NCBI GenBank assembly: GCA_049604715.1
Contig: JBMYTV010000004.1
Span: forward strand, 22,535 to 86,534
Source of the DNA: Patescibacteria group bacterium
GTDB taxonomy: Bacteria; Patescibacteriota; Patescibacteriia; S139-126; S139-133
Direction of reading: 5' to 3'
DNA: 64,000 nt
Shown here: piece by piece, positions 1 to 8,731 of the stretch
How positions within the stretch are numbered: the stretch's first letter is position 1
Layout: every line of letters starts with the position of its first letter
Program-made: the position numbers and the translations under genes
The notes under the pieces: generated by a model
The model's input: the letters and a program-made list of their open reading frames with translations, nothing else
Told to the model about the DNA's origin: nothing
Databases searched by the model: none

Positions 1-390
1 ATGTTTATATATGTGGATGCGTACGCATACACAGATGTGGTTATGCAAGATGTTGGTGATACATTTGATTATAAACTACTACTTAAACGAGAAGGCCATC
101 CGGATGTATTTACATACAAGGTAGAGAGCACAAGTGCGCATACAATCTTTGCAGATAAGGCAGGAAATATAGTAGTTGAAAATACAGCACCAGCTGCGGT
201 TGGTGACGGTACTACATTTACTGTAGAAGAATTTACTTTGTTCACACCATTTGTTCAGGACCAAGAGAATAGATCATTTGAGGCAGTAGAGGCAATTGTT
301 GAGGGCGATACTGTATCATTGGTGCTTGATAGTAAATGGCTTGATCAAGCGACATATCCGATCAGTATTCACTTTTCTATAGGTAAGTAA
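1..390 (+). CDS. C-terminal fragment of a larger protein running in from upstream of the window; hypothetical
   Basis: Open frame from position 1 to a stop at 390; no recognisable motif. Confidence 0.35.
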   Translation: MFIYVDAYAYTDVVMQDVGDTFDYKLLLKREGHPDVFTYKVESTSAHTIFADKAGNIVVENTAPAAVGDGTTFTVEEFTLFTPFVQDQENRSFEAVEAIVEGDTVSLVLDSKWLDQATYPISIHFSIGK

Positions 391-411
391 TAATCTGGTA
401 TTCGCCAGATT

Positions 412-882
412 TTGTTTTTACTATATACTATATATATGTTAGTTAAACAAATTATGACCAAAACGGTCATCACCGCAAAGCCTGATGATCGCATCAAAGA
501 CATTGCATCACTTTTATATAGACGCAACTTATCAGGCGTGCCTATTATAGATGACTCAAACAAAGTCATAGGAATTGTTACTGAGTTTGATTTTATAAAC
601 CCTGACTTAGAGGTGCATATTCCCACCTATGTTGATTTTTTGGATTCTTTGGAGGTTGATGACACAACCAACGAAATGGACGAGGCAGTTGACCGGCTAA
701 AAGAAGCGACCATTGATCAGATTATGACACGTGATGTAAAAACAGTTCTTGAAACAACAGATGTTAAAGAAGTGGTTAAAATGATCACAACGTATCGAAT
801 TAATCCAATCCCAGTTGTTGATAACCAAAATACACTTATTGGAATAGTTAGCAGAGCCGATCTCATAAAGATATTGGAATAA
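412..882 (+). CDS. CBS-domain pair protein
   Basis: Two tandem CBS-like segments (IMTKTVITAKPDD...GVPIIDD...IGIVTEFD and IMTRDVKTV...PIPVVDNQNTLIGIVSRADL). Confidence 0.7.
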   Translation: MFLLYTIYMLVKQIMTKTVITAKPDDRIKDIASLLYRRNLSGVPIIDDSNKVIGIVTEFDFINPDLEVHIPTYVDFLDSLEVDDTTNEMDEAVDRLKEATIDQIMTRDVKTVLETTDVKEVVKMITTYRINPIPVVDNQNTLIGIVSRADLIKILE

Positions 883-883
883 T

Positions 884-1105
884 ATGAAAAAAACTAAGCG
901 TGACATTGATAAAACCATTGTTCACTCACGAACCCTTTTGGAGGAGATGCGTGTTATTAGTGAAGCCAAATTACGGTTTTTTCATGTTTTGCTTATCGTG
1001 CTGTTTGTGGCTGGTTTTGTGAGCGCAATTACATGGACGTTATCAGCTGAGTATTTTTCAAAAGTTCTAGCAGCTGAGTATCATGTCGAAGAGGAGATGG
1101 AATAG
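884..1105 (+). CDS. small membrane protein, hypothetical
   Basis: 73 aa with one hydrophobic helix (FFHVLLIVLFVAGFVSAITWTL); start overlaps previous stop. Confidence 0.3.
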   Translation: MKKTKRDIDKTIVHSRTLLEEMRVISEAKLRFFHVLLIVLFVAGFVSAITWTLSAEYFSKVLAAEYHVEEEME

Positions 1106-1134
1106 TTTAAATAATGTGTACAGTTGTAATTACA

Positions 1135-1159
1135 AGCGCTAATGTTAGCGCTTTTTTTA
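1135..1159 (+). terminator. rho-independent terminator candidate
   Basis: AGCGCTAA-TG-TTAGCGCT hairpin followed by a T7 run. Confidence 0.5.
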
Positions 1160-1188
1160 TTGACTCCTCATGCCAAAAGAGCTAGTAT
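1160..1188 (+). promoter_or_regulatory. sigma70-like promoter candidate for ileS
   Basis: TTGACT, 17-nt spacer, TAGTAT; 27 nt upstream of the ileS ATG. Confidence 0.35.
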
Positions 1189-1215
1189 ACATATATTGAT
1201 TAAATACCTGAATTT

Positions 1216-4200
1216 ATGACTAAGATTTCATTCCCAGAGCTTGAGGAGAAGATGTTGGAGCTTTGGAGCGATAAAGATATTTTTCGTAAAACCCTAGAAA
1301 AGGAAGCGCCTCAGGGTGATTTTGTATTTTATGAAGGACCGCCAACTGCAAATGGCAAACCTGCCATTCACCATGTACTAGCGCGGTCATTTAAAGATGC
1401 TGTTCCACGGTACAAGACAATGCGAGGATATCGCGTTGGTCGTAAGGCTGGTTGGGATACACATGGACTGCCAGTGGAACTGCAGGTAGAAAAGGCTCTG
1501 GAGATTTCAGGTAAGCCTGATATTGAAAAATACGGCGTCAAAGAGTTTAACCAAAAGTGTAAGGAATCTGTTTGGCAATACAAAAATGATTGGGAGAAGT
1601 TGACCGAGCGTATGGGGTATTGGGTTGATATGGATGATCCTTATGTGACGTATGACAATGACTATATTGAAAGTTTGTGGTGGATCATGAAAGAAGTATC
1701 AAAAAAAGACCTGCTGTACTTGGGGCACAAAGTAGTGCCGCATTGTCCACGTTGTGGAACAGCTCTTTCATCACACGAGGTTGCTCAAGGGTACAAAGAA
1801 GTAAAAGATATTTCTGTTTATGTGAAATTTAAATTAAAAATAAACAATTCAAAATTAAAAATTGATGGACCGGTTTATATATTGTCTTGGACGACAACCC
1901 CTTGGACATTGCCAGGTAATGTAGGTTTGGCAGTTGGTGAGGATATAGAGTATGTTGGTATTGAGCAAGACGGTGATACTGTGTTTGTTGCCAAGAGTTT
2001 GGTTGAAAATATTTTTGAAGACCCTAAGGTTGTTAAAACTATAAAAGGCAAAGATTTGGTTGGTAGTTCGTATGAACCACTTTTTCCTGGTGCAATTCCA
2101 GAAACTGCTGACAATTATGACAATGCGTACAAAGTATGGGCAGCAGATTTTGTGACTACTGAAGATGGTACTGGTGTTGTGCATACAGCAGTCATGTATG
2201 GTGAGGATGACTATCAGCTTGGTGAGAAAGTTGGTTTACCAAAGCATCACACAGTGTCAGCAGATGGTAAGTTTTCTTTTGATGCAAAAGATGGCGTACT
2301 TGGTGAGCTTGATGGCATGCCAGTGAAACATAAAGATCCAGATGTTGAGATTGAGACTACAAAGGTTATTTTGCGTTTTCTAGCAGACAACAATATTTTA
2401 TTGAAAAAGGAAAAGTATACTCATGATTATCCGTTTTGTTGGCGCTGCGATACGCCACTATTATACTATGCTAAGGATTCATGGTTTATTGCCATGTCAA
2501 AGTTGCGTGATGAGTTAAAAGAAAACAACGATGCAGTAAACTGGGTACCAGGTCATATCAAATCAGGTCGTTTTGGTGAATGGCTTGATGGTGTAAAAGA
2601 TTGGGCTATTTCACGTGAGCGCTATTGGGGTACGCCATTGCCGGTGTGGACGAGCGAGGATAACTCAGAGATTGAGGTGATTGGCTCAAGAAAAGAACTA
2701 TATGAAAGAGCAACCAAAGAAACAAAGCCAACTCGTATTCTCATTATGAGGCATTGTGAAGGAGAGCAAAATCTCGAGGGTATTAGTTCAGATAAGCTTG
2801 AAGGATATGCATTGACTAAAAAGGGCGTAAGCCAGGCAGAGGCTTTGAGAGAGGATATAAAGAATCGAGAAATAGACTATATATATGTATCACCAATACA
2901 AAGAACAAAAGAAACAGCTGAACTTATCAATGCTGAGCTAAATGTTGAGCTTATAGAAGATGATCGTTTACTTGAGCAAGCAACAGGTGAATGGGAAGGT
3001 ATGACGCGGGCAGAGCGCAGAGAGGATCCGTATTATACCCAGCGCACTCAGTATTGGAACAGTAACGATGAAAAGGCATTTACTACAAACTTTGGCAAGA
3101 CTGGTGAGAGCTTTCAAGACGTTCAAAAGCGAATGCATGACTTGTTTAAGGACATAGCCAAAAAACATCAAGGCAAGACAGTGCTTCTTGTAACTCATCA
3201 GGCAAACCTAGTGACTGTCTTGCAGTCATCACATGGGTATTCTCCTGTGCTTACTCAAAGAATGTTCAAGCATGAGCGTACCGCGCCAGGAACTAAGCCA
3301 TTTGAATTTTACTTTAACGCAGATGGTTCAGAGTTTGATCTGCACAAGCCATTTATTGATGATGTTGTTATTGAATCAGAAAAAGGCACCAAGCTAACTC
3401 GAGACAGTGCTGTGCTTGATGTGTGGTTTGATTCAGGTGCTATGCCATATGCGCAGTGGCATTACCCATTTGAGCGCGCTGAGTATATAGACGAAGGTAG
3501 TAAGTTTCCTGCTGATTTTATTTGTGAGGCTATTGATCAAACGCGCGGATGGTTTTATACACTACTAGCAGTATCGACATTATTAGGCAAAGAGGCTCCA
3601 TATAAGAATGTGATTTGTTTGGCGCATATCAATGACAAGGAAGGAAAGAAAATGTCAAAGAGTCGCGGCAATGTAGTTGATCCATGGGAGATGATGAACA
3701 AGTATGGTATCGATGCAGTACGACTTCTCTTTTATACTATGAACCAACCAGGTGACACCAAGAATTTTGACCCAGACCTTGTTGAGCAGATTATGAAAAA
3801 GAATTTCCTGATTCTTTGGAATGTGTTGTCTTTTTATAATATGTACGTCAAAACTGTTGAGGGTAAATATCCAGCAGAACATTCTACCCATGTGCTTGAT
3901 GAGTGGATTATGGCAAAGACAAAGCAGCTCGCTCGAGAAGTTACAGAAAAAATGGAGAATTATGACTTAACCATGGCAGGTAGGGCAATTATTGAGTATA
4001 TTCAGGAGCTATCTACTTGGTATGTGCGTCGTTCTCGTGATCGATTTAAGGCTGGTGGTGAAACTTCAGCACAAGCAGTTAAAACCCTTGGGTTTGTACT
4101 TTATGAACTCAGTAAGCTGATGGCGCCACTTACACCATTCACAGCAGAAGGGTTGTATCAAGAGCTGACACAAAATCATCCTGATAAAGAAAAAGATTTC

Positions 4201-4743
4201 AAAGAGTCAATCCACCTAGAAGATTGGCCAGAAGCGCCAGAGCTTTCAAAAGAAGAAACAGCTGCGCTTGATGCTATGGAAAGTGCTCGAAAGGTTGTAG
4301 AAAAAGCATTGGCAGCGCGCGCAGAAGCAAAATTAAAGATTAGACAACCTCTTGCATCTGTGACAGTGCCGGGTAGTTTTTCTGATGATTTGAAAGCGAT
4401 TATAGCAGAAGAAGTTAATGTGAAAAAAGTTATAGACAGTGGTGAGGATGTTGTGCTTGATACTAACCTTACAGATGAGTTGAAGGCAGAAGGTTTGGTA
4501 CGTGAGACTGTAAGGTTTATTAACTCGCTACGAAAAGAGGCAAAGCTCACCATCAACGATAAAGTTACAACAGCGCTTGTAACAAAAGATGAGGTTCTGC
4601 ATAGGATTTATACAGATCACAGCGAGTCACTACAGTCAGCAACATTATCAAATACAATTGAGGTATCTGAGCTTTCAGATTATGACATAGAAAAAGTTGT
4701 AAGCATTGAAGGTGCTGACGTAAAGATTCAAATCAAGAAGTAA
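1216..4743 (+). CDS. ileS: isoleucyl-tRNA synthetase (type 2) with an inserted histidine-phosphatase-like domain
   Basis: PPTANGKPAIHHVL (HIGH), WCRCDTPL, WAISRERYWGTPLPVW, DLHKPFIDD, KMSKSRGNVVDP; 1175 aa, with an extra domain of about 190-200 aa at roughly nt 2731-3330. Confidence 0.9.
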   Translation: MTKISFPELEEKMLELWSDKDIFRKTLEKEAPQGDFVFYEGPPTANGKPAIHHVLARSFKDAVPRYKTMRGYRVGRKAGWDTHGLPVELQVEKALEISGKPDIEKYGVKEFNQKCKESVWQYKNDWEKLTERMGYWVDMDDPYVTYDNDYIESLWWIMKEVSKKDLLYLGHKVVPHCPRCGTALSSHEVAQGYKEVKDISVYVKFKLKINNSKLKIDGPVYILSWTTTPWTLPGNVGLAVGEDIEYVGIEQDGDTVFVAKSLVENIFEDPKVVKTIKGKDLVGSSYEPLFPGAIPETADNYDNAYKVWAADFVTTEDGTGVVHTAVMYGEDDYQLGEKVGLPKHHTVSADGKFSFDAKDGVLGELDGMPVKHKDPDVEIETTKVILRFLADNNILLKKEKYTHDYPFCWRCDTPLLYYAKDSWFIAMSKLRDELKENNDAVNWVPGHIKSGRFGEWLDGVKDWAISRERYWGTPLPVWTSEDNSEIEVIGSRKELYERATKETKPTRILIMRHCEGEQNLEGISSDKLEGYALTKKGVSQAEALREDIKNREIDYIYVSPIQRTKETAELINAELNVELIEDDRLLEQATGEWEGMTRAERREDPYYTQRTQYWNSNDEKAFTTNFGKTGESFQDVQKRMHDLFKDIAKKHQGKTVLLVTHQANLVTVLQSSHGYSPVLTQRMFKHERTAPGTKPFEFYFNADGSEFDLHKPFIDDVVIESEKGTKLTRDSAVLDVWFDSGAMPYAQWHYPFERAEYIDEGSKFPADFICEAIDQTRGWFYTLLAVSTLLGKEAPYKNVICLAHINDKEGKKMSKSRGNVVDPWEMMNKYGIDAVRLLFYTMNQPGDTKNFDPDLVEQIMKKNFLILWNVLSFYNMYVKTVEGKYPAEHSTHVLDEWIMAKTKQLAREVTEKMENYDLTMAGRAIIEYIQELSTWYVRRSRDRFKAGGETSAQAVKTLGFVLYELSKLMAPLTPFTAEGLYQELTQNHPDKEKDFKESIHLEDWPEAPELSKEETAALDAMESARKVVEKALAARAEAKLKIRQPLASVTVPGSFSDDLKAIIAEEVNVKKVIDSGEDVVLDTNLTDELKAEGLVRETVRFINSLRKEAKLTINDKVTTALVTKDEVLHRIYTDHSESLQSATLSNTIEVSELSDYDIEKVVSIEGADVKIQIKK

Positions 4744-4748
4744 CTACC

Positions 4749-5402
4749 ATGTCCACGTTTGTCACTCCAGCAATTCCACTGCGTATTGATCCCTTTATGC
4801 GTGATGATGAGGTTGTGACATTATATACTCGATCGCATGGAAAACTGCAAGCGCGTATTCGTGGTGGTCAGAAGCTAAGCAGTAAATTGTCACAGCGGTT
4901 TCATGTTATGCAAGAACTTGATGTTATGATTGCGCCCGGTAGACACATGGCAATAGTTGCCGGAGTGCAGACTAGGCGTATGCTGCCACAACTACAAACA
5001 GATGCACTTCGGCGGATGGTAGCACTTTGTGTAACTGATACGCTTAACCAAATTACAGCAGAAAATGACGCTGCAGTAGATGTATATGATTTTGTATCTT
5101 TTTGGCTAGCTAGTATTGCAAGCGAGGTGCCAGCTAGGTTGCATGGATCATATGTAGCACTTATTGTATGGAGATTGCTTAGCAAAACCGGGTTTGCTCC
5201 TGACACTACTAATCTTAAGCATGTTATACTAGCAGCGTTACAGGATGCGTCAATTGAGTCAGAAGCACACATACTTATACAGTCGCTCCCGTTTGCTGAA
5301 CAAGTAGAAGCCGGTAGAGAAGCCCTGCCTATTATAGAGAGTATTTTAGAACAAGAAATAAAAGGACTTCGCGTTTTGCGAGATACAACTATTAGTTTTT
5401 AG
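4749..5402 (+). CDS. recO: DNA repair protein RecO-like
   Basis: N-terminal OB-fold-like pattern (DEVVTLYTRSHGKLQARIRGGQKLSSKL...), 217 aa, tightly linked downstream of ileS. Confidence 0.55.
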   Translation: MSTFVTPAIPLRIDPFMRDDEVVTLYTRSHGKLQARIRGGQKLSSKLSQRFHVMQELDVMIAPGRHMAIVAGVQTRRMLPQLQTDALRRMVALCVTDTLNQITAENDAAVDVYDFVSFWLASIASEVPARLHGSYVALIVWRLLSKTGFAPDTTNLKHVILAALQDASIESEAHILIQSLPFAEQVEAGREALPIIESILEQEIKGLRVLRDTTISF

Positions 5403-5405
5403 TAT

Positions 5406-7199
5406 ATGCCAGCAAAAAATATACGCTCACGAGCGTCATCTTCAAAAAAATCAAACAGCCGTTTGGTGCGCAAGCCATTTCGTATGCGATGGCTTATTGG
5501 TGTTATAGTTGTCGGAGCTATTGTGTCATGGACTTTGGGTTGGTGGCAGTTTGATATTTCACAACCTTCATCTAGCGGAGTAAGTGTGGCTATTGATGCG
5601 CCTGACACAGTTGCATCAGGTGAGATTGTTAATTTACAGATACACATTACCAATGAAGAAAACGTTGCTATAGCAGAGGCTGATCTATCAATACAGTGGC
5701 CAGATGAATTACGTGTAATTGAAAGTAGTGTAGAGCCTCGTAGTATTGCCATGAGTAGCTGGACGCTTGATGAGATAGCAGTTGGTGAGAAAGTAACTAT
5801 TGATATTACAGCTCAAGCATTTGGTGAGGTGGGTGATGCAAAGGTAATTGACGCAACGCTTGTATATGAACTACAGAACTTTAGTTCGAACTTTTTTACA
5901 GAAGGAGTGCATAATTTTGTTATAGGTACAAAGATCGTTGACGTTGTATTTGATGAAACTGATGATCTGCCTCCACTGACAGAAAACGTATGGCGTATTG
6001 TTGTTACTAACGCTGATGATGAGACTCTTCCTTTGAGCTGGTTAAGAATTGTATTTCCACAGGGGTTTGAAGTAATTGAGATATCGCCTGAGCATGACGT
6101 GGTTGATTATGAGGAGTCAAAAGCAGCTATTGTGCCGCTTGATGGTATGGAAGTTGGTGAACAACAGGTACTAAAAATAACAGGGTTGTTTGCAGCTGGC
6201 ACACAAGGGAAATCAAATTTTGTTTGGCAGTATGGCATTGATACTGACGAAGATCCTCGCATTATCCAGGAAGGTTCATATGAGCAGTATGTGATTGGTG
6301 ATGAGGCTGAGGTTGAGGTTCTTTTAAACGGTGAAGAAGAACTTTCAGAACTTTCGTGGGGGGATGAGTTAGTTGTTAATTTGCGAGCACGTAACATCAC
6401 ATCAGAGGACCTAACTAATCTTGAGTGGTCACTTACTATCCCACCAAGTATGGTGACTTGGTCAGGTATACGTAGTGATTCGACGCTTTCTACTGATCAG
6501 TCAAGTGGTGTTGTGAGGCTTTTACCAGAAGATAATGACGTTTTGAAAATAATTCCAGCAGGTGATGAGCTAGAGCTTTCAGTGATTGTACCACTTGCTT
6601 CATCAGCTCAGTCACAAACATCATTTACAGGTTCAGCACGTTTGAGGTTAACGACTGAGAGCTCAGAAGAGCCATTGTCATTTACTAAAAGTTTTGGCCC
6701 CATCCAGCTTAGTGAAACAGTAAATTGGCATACAACAGCTCATTATTATTCAGATGAGGGCATTCAAGTTGGCTCTGGCCCATTGCCGCCACGAGTTGAT
6801 GACAATACAAATTACGAGATCAATTGGAATGTAGGAAGTGTTGCTGGGAATGTGGGGAGTCTCACAGTTCGTGCAACTTTGCCGCCTGATGTGAGGTGGA
6901 ATAACCAATTTTCAAGCAACCAAGGTAATGTGACTTATGTCGCCAGTACACGCCAGGTTGTTTGGTCTGTTAGTGACGTTTCTGGGTATGATTTTACTCT
7001 TGGCGAACTAGAGGCGAAGTGGGAAGCCGGCATAACTCCAAATGAGAGTGACCTTGGTACAGTCATTACACTTACTGGTGCAGCGCAAATAGAATTAACT
7101 ACAAGTGATGGTGAAATAGTTCGACTGACTAATCCGGCATTGACTACTGCACTCGAAGGTGATATTTTTGCACAGAATAAAGGAGTTGTTAGAGAGTAG
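5406..7199 (+). CDS. membrane-anchored surface protein with repeated beta-rich domains, hypothetical
   Basis: Basic N-terminus, one TM helix (WLIGVIVVGAIVSWTLGWW), then about 540 aa of acidic Ser/Thr-rich repeated segments. Confidence 0.45.
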   Translation: MPAKNIRSRASSSKKSNSRLVRKPFRMRWLIGVIVVGAIVSWTLGWWQFDISQPSSSGVSVAIDAPDTVASGEIVNLQIHITNEENVAIAEADLSIQWPDELRVIESSVEPRSIAMSSWTLDEIAVGEKVTIDITAQAFGEVGDAKVIDATLVYELQNFSSNFFTEGVHNFVIGTKIVDVVFDETDDLPPLTENVWRIVVTNADDETLPLSWLRIVFPQGFEVIEISPEHDVVDYEESKAAIVPLDGMEVGEQQVLKITGLFAAGTQGKSNFVWQYGIDTDEDPRIIQEGSYEQYVIGDEAEVEVLLNGEEELSELSWGDELVVNLRARNITSEDLTNLEWSLTIPPSMVTWSGIRSDSTLSTDQSSGVVRLLPEDNDVLKIIPAGDELELSVIVPLASSAQSQTSFTGSARLRLTTESSEEPLSFTKSFGPIQLSETVNWHTTAHYYSDEGIQVGSGPLPPRVDDNTNYEINWNVGSVAGNVGSLTVRATLPPDVRWNNQFSSNQGNVTYVASTRQVVWSVSDVSGYDFTLGELEAKWEAGITPNESDLGTVITLTGAAQIELTTSDGEIVRLTNPALTTALEGDIFAQNKGVVRE

Positions 7200-7204
7200 T
7201 AATT

Positions 7205-8329
7205 ATGAAGTATTCACTATCAAAATCATCTACTGTTTCTCAAGCACGCCGCGGCGTGCTTGAACTTTCGCATGGGAGTATAGAGGCGCCCTTTTTTATG
7301 CCTATTGCAACAAAGGGTGCTGTAAAGTCTATCACGACTACAGAGATGAGATTGCTAGGGGCACAGATTTTGCTCTCCAATACGTATCATCTATATCTTC
7401 GCCCTGGTACTGAAGTTTTGGACCAGGTGGGTGGACTACATACATTTATGGATTGGAAAGGACCCATTTTGACTGATTCGGGTGGTTTTCAGGTGTTCTC
7501 ACTGAGTGGTACTAAGTCACGCAAGGATAATCTAGTTAAAATATTTGATGATCGAGTAGAGTTTCAATCACATATTGATGGTTCAAAACATATATTTACA
7601 CCAGAAAAGGTACTTGATATTCAAAAGTCTATTGGTTCTGATGTAATGATGATTTTGGATGTGTGTACTGCTAACCCAGCAACACATGAACAGGCAATAC
7701 ATGACTTGGAGATCACAACTGCGTGGGCACGTCGAGCAAAAGAGCATTATGAAAAAGGAAGTTTTAAAGATCAATCAATGTTTGGTATTGTCCAAGGATC
7801 AACATATAGTGATTTGAGACAACAGTCAGCTCAAGATCTAGTAAGCTTGGATTTTGACGGATATGCTATTGGCGGTTTGGCTGTGGGAGAGTCTGAGGTG
7901 GATATGTACGCTATGCTTGATGTGACGACTCATCTTTTGCCTGAGGATGCGCCGCGGTATTTAATGGGAGTAGGAAAACCAGAGAATATTATAGAGGCAG
8001 TGAAGCGAGGTGTTGATATGTTTGATTGTGTTATTCCAACACGTGAGGCACGACATGGTCGTCTTTATCTTTGGCAGAACAAAGATGTAACAAAGCCTGG
8101 TTTTTATAAGACCGTTGCTATTACAAACGCATCATATGCTACTGACTTCACACCCCTGGTCGCTGACTCAAAAATTCCAGAACTACAAAATTTAACTAAA
8201 GCTTACTTGCATCATTTGTTTCGCACCTCAGAACCTTTAGCACTTCGTATTGCAAGTCTTATTAATATAGAATTTTATCTTACTCTTATGCAGCGTATTC
8301 GTGCTGCAATTGAAGCTGATCAACTGTAG
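7205..8329 (+). CDS. tgt: queuine tRNA-ribosyltransferase
   Basis: LLSNTYHLYLRPG, LTDSGGFQVFSL, GIVQGSTY, DGYAIGGLAVGE, MGVGKPENIIEAV, MFDCVIPTR; C-terminal CxCxxC zinc motif absent. Confidence 0.85.
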   Translation: MKYSLSKSSTVSQARRGVLELSHGSIEAPFFMPIATKGAVKSITTTEMRLLGAQILLSNTYHLYLRPGTEVLDQVGGLHTFMDWKGPILTDSGGFQVFSLSGTKSRKDNLVKIFDDRVEFQSHIDGSKHIFTPEKVLDIQKSIGSDVMMILDVCTANPATHEQAIHDLEITTAWARRAKEHYEKGSFKDQSMFGIVQGSTYSDLRQQSAQDLVSLDFDGYAIGGLAVGESEVDMYAMLDVTTHLLPEDAPRYLMGVGKPENIIEAVKRGVDMFDCVIPTREARHGRLYLWQNKDVTKPGFYKTVAITNASYATDFTPLVADSKIPELQNLTKAYLHHLFRTSEPLALRIASLINIEFYLTLMQRIRAAIEADQL

Positions 8330-8335
8330 AAATCG

Positions 8336-8344
8336 TGGTATACT
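8336..8344 (+). promoter_or_regulatory. extended -10 promoter element candidate (TGgTATACT)
   Basis: TG-N-TATACT 22 nt upstream of the 8366 ATG; no good -35. Confidence 0.25.
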
Positions 8345-8365
8345 ATATACAGTGATCATATTCCC

Positions 8366-8731
8366 ATGACATCTGTTTTTTTGCATACATTAAAATTACT
8401 CACTTGGGATTTACTACGTGATATATTGTATTTTCCCGTCTGGTGGTATACCGAAGGGCTTTTGTTGATGTGGCAGCGTTTTTTTACTGCTATTATGTCA
8501 TGGCAACATAGGCTTGGACTTGGTATATGGGTCAAGAATTGGTTCAAGCCTATGTATGCGCAATTTGATTGGCAGGGCCGGCTTATTAGCTTCTTCTTTC
8601 GTACACTTACTATTTTGTGGAAGACTATAGAGTTCTTCCTCGGTTTTGTGTTGATTATTTTAGGTTTCTTTTTGTATTTAGTTTTGCCATTTGTTGCAAT
8701 CGTATTGTTAGTATATTCATTCTTGGTATGA
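8366..8731 (+). CDS. small polytopic membrane protein, hypothetical; first gene of the Clp-like operon
   Basis: 121 aa, about 3 TM helices; its stop overlaps the next ATG (ATGA). Confidence 0.45.
   Translation: MTSVFLHTLKLLTWDLLRDILYFPVWWYTEGLLLMWQRFFTAIMSWQHRLGLGIWVKNWFKPMYAQFDWQGRLISFFFRTLTILWKTIEFFLGFVLIILGFFLYLVLPFVAIVLLVYSFLV

Noticed and set aside
1368-4556. Numerous 60-130-aa ORFs antisense to ileS, clp, copA, pil genes and others (e.g. 1368-1583, 1855-2184, 4176-4556, 9582-10040, 35793-36092, 58254-58703)
   Set aside because: All are embedded antisense in long, motif-supported genes, are often Ser/Cys/Thr-rich low-complexity translations and lack RBS; treated as noise.
8617-8726. 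Longer N-terminal extension of the Clp-like ORF starting at 8617
   Set aside because: It would overlap the 8366-8731 membrane-protein gene by 115 nt in another frame. The ATG at 8727 forms an ATGA stop/start overlap, typical of the coupling seen throughout this window.
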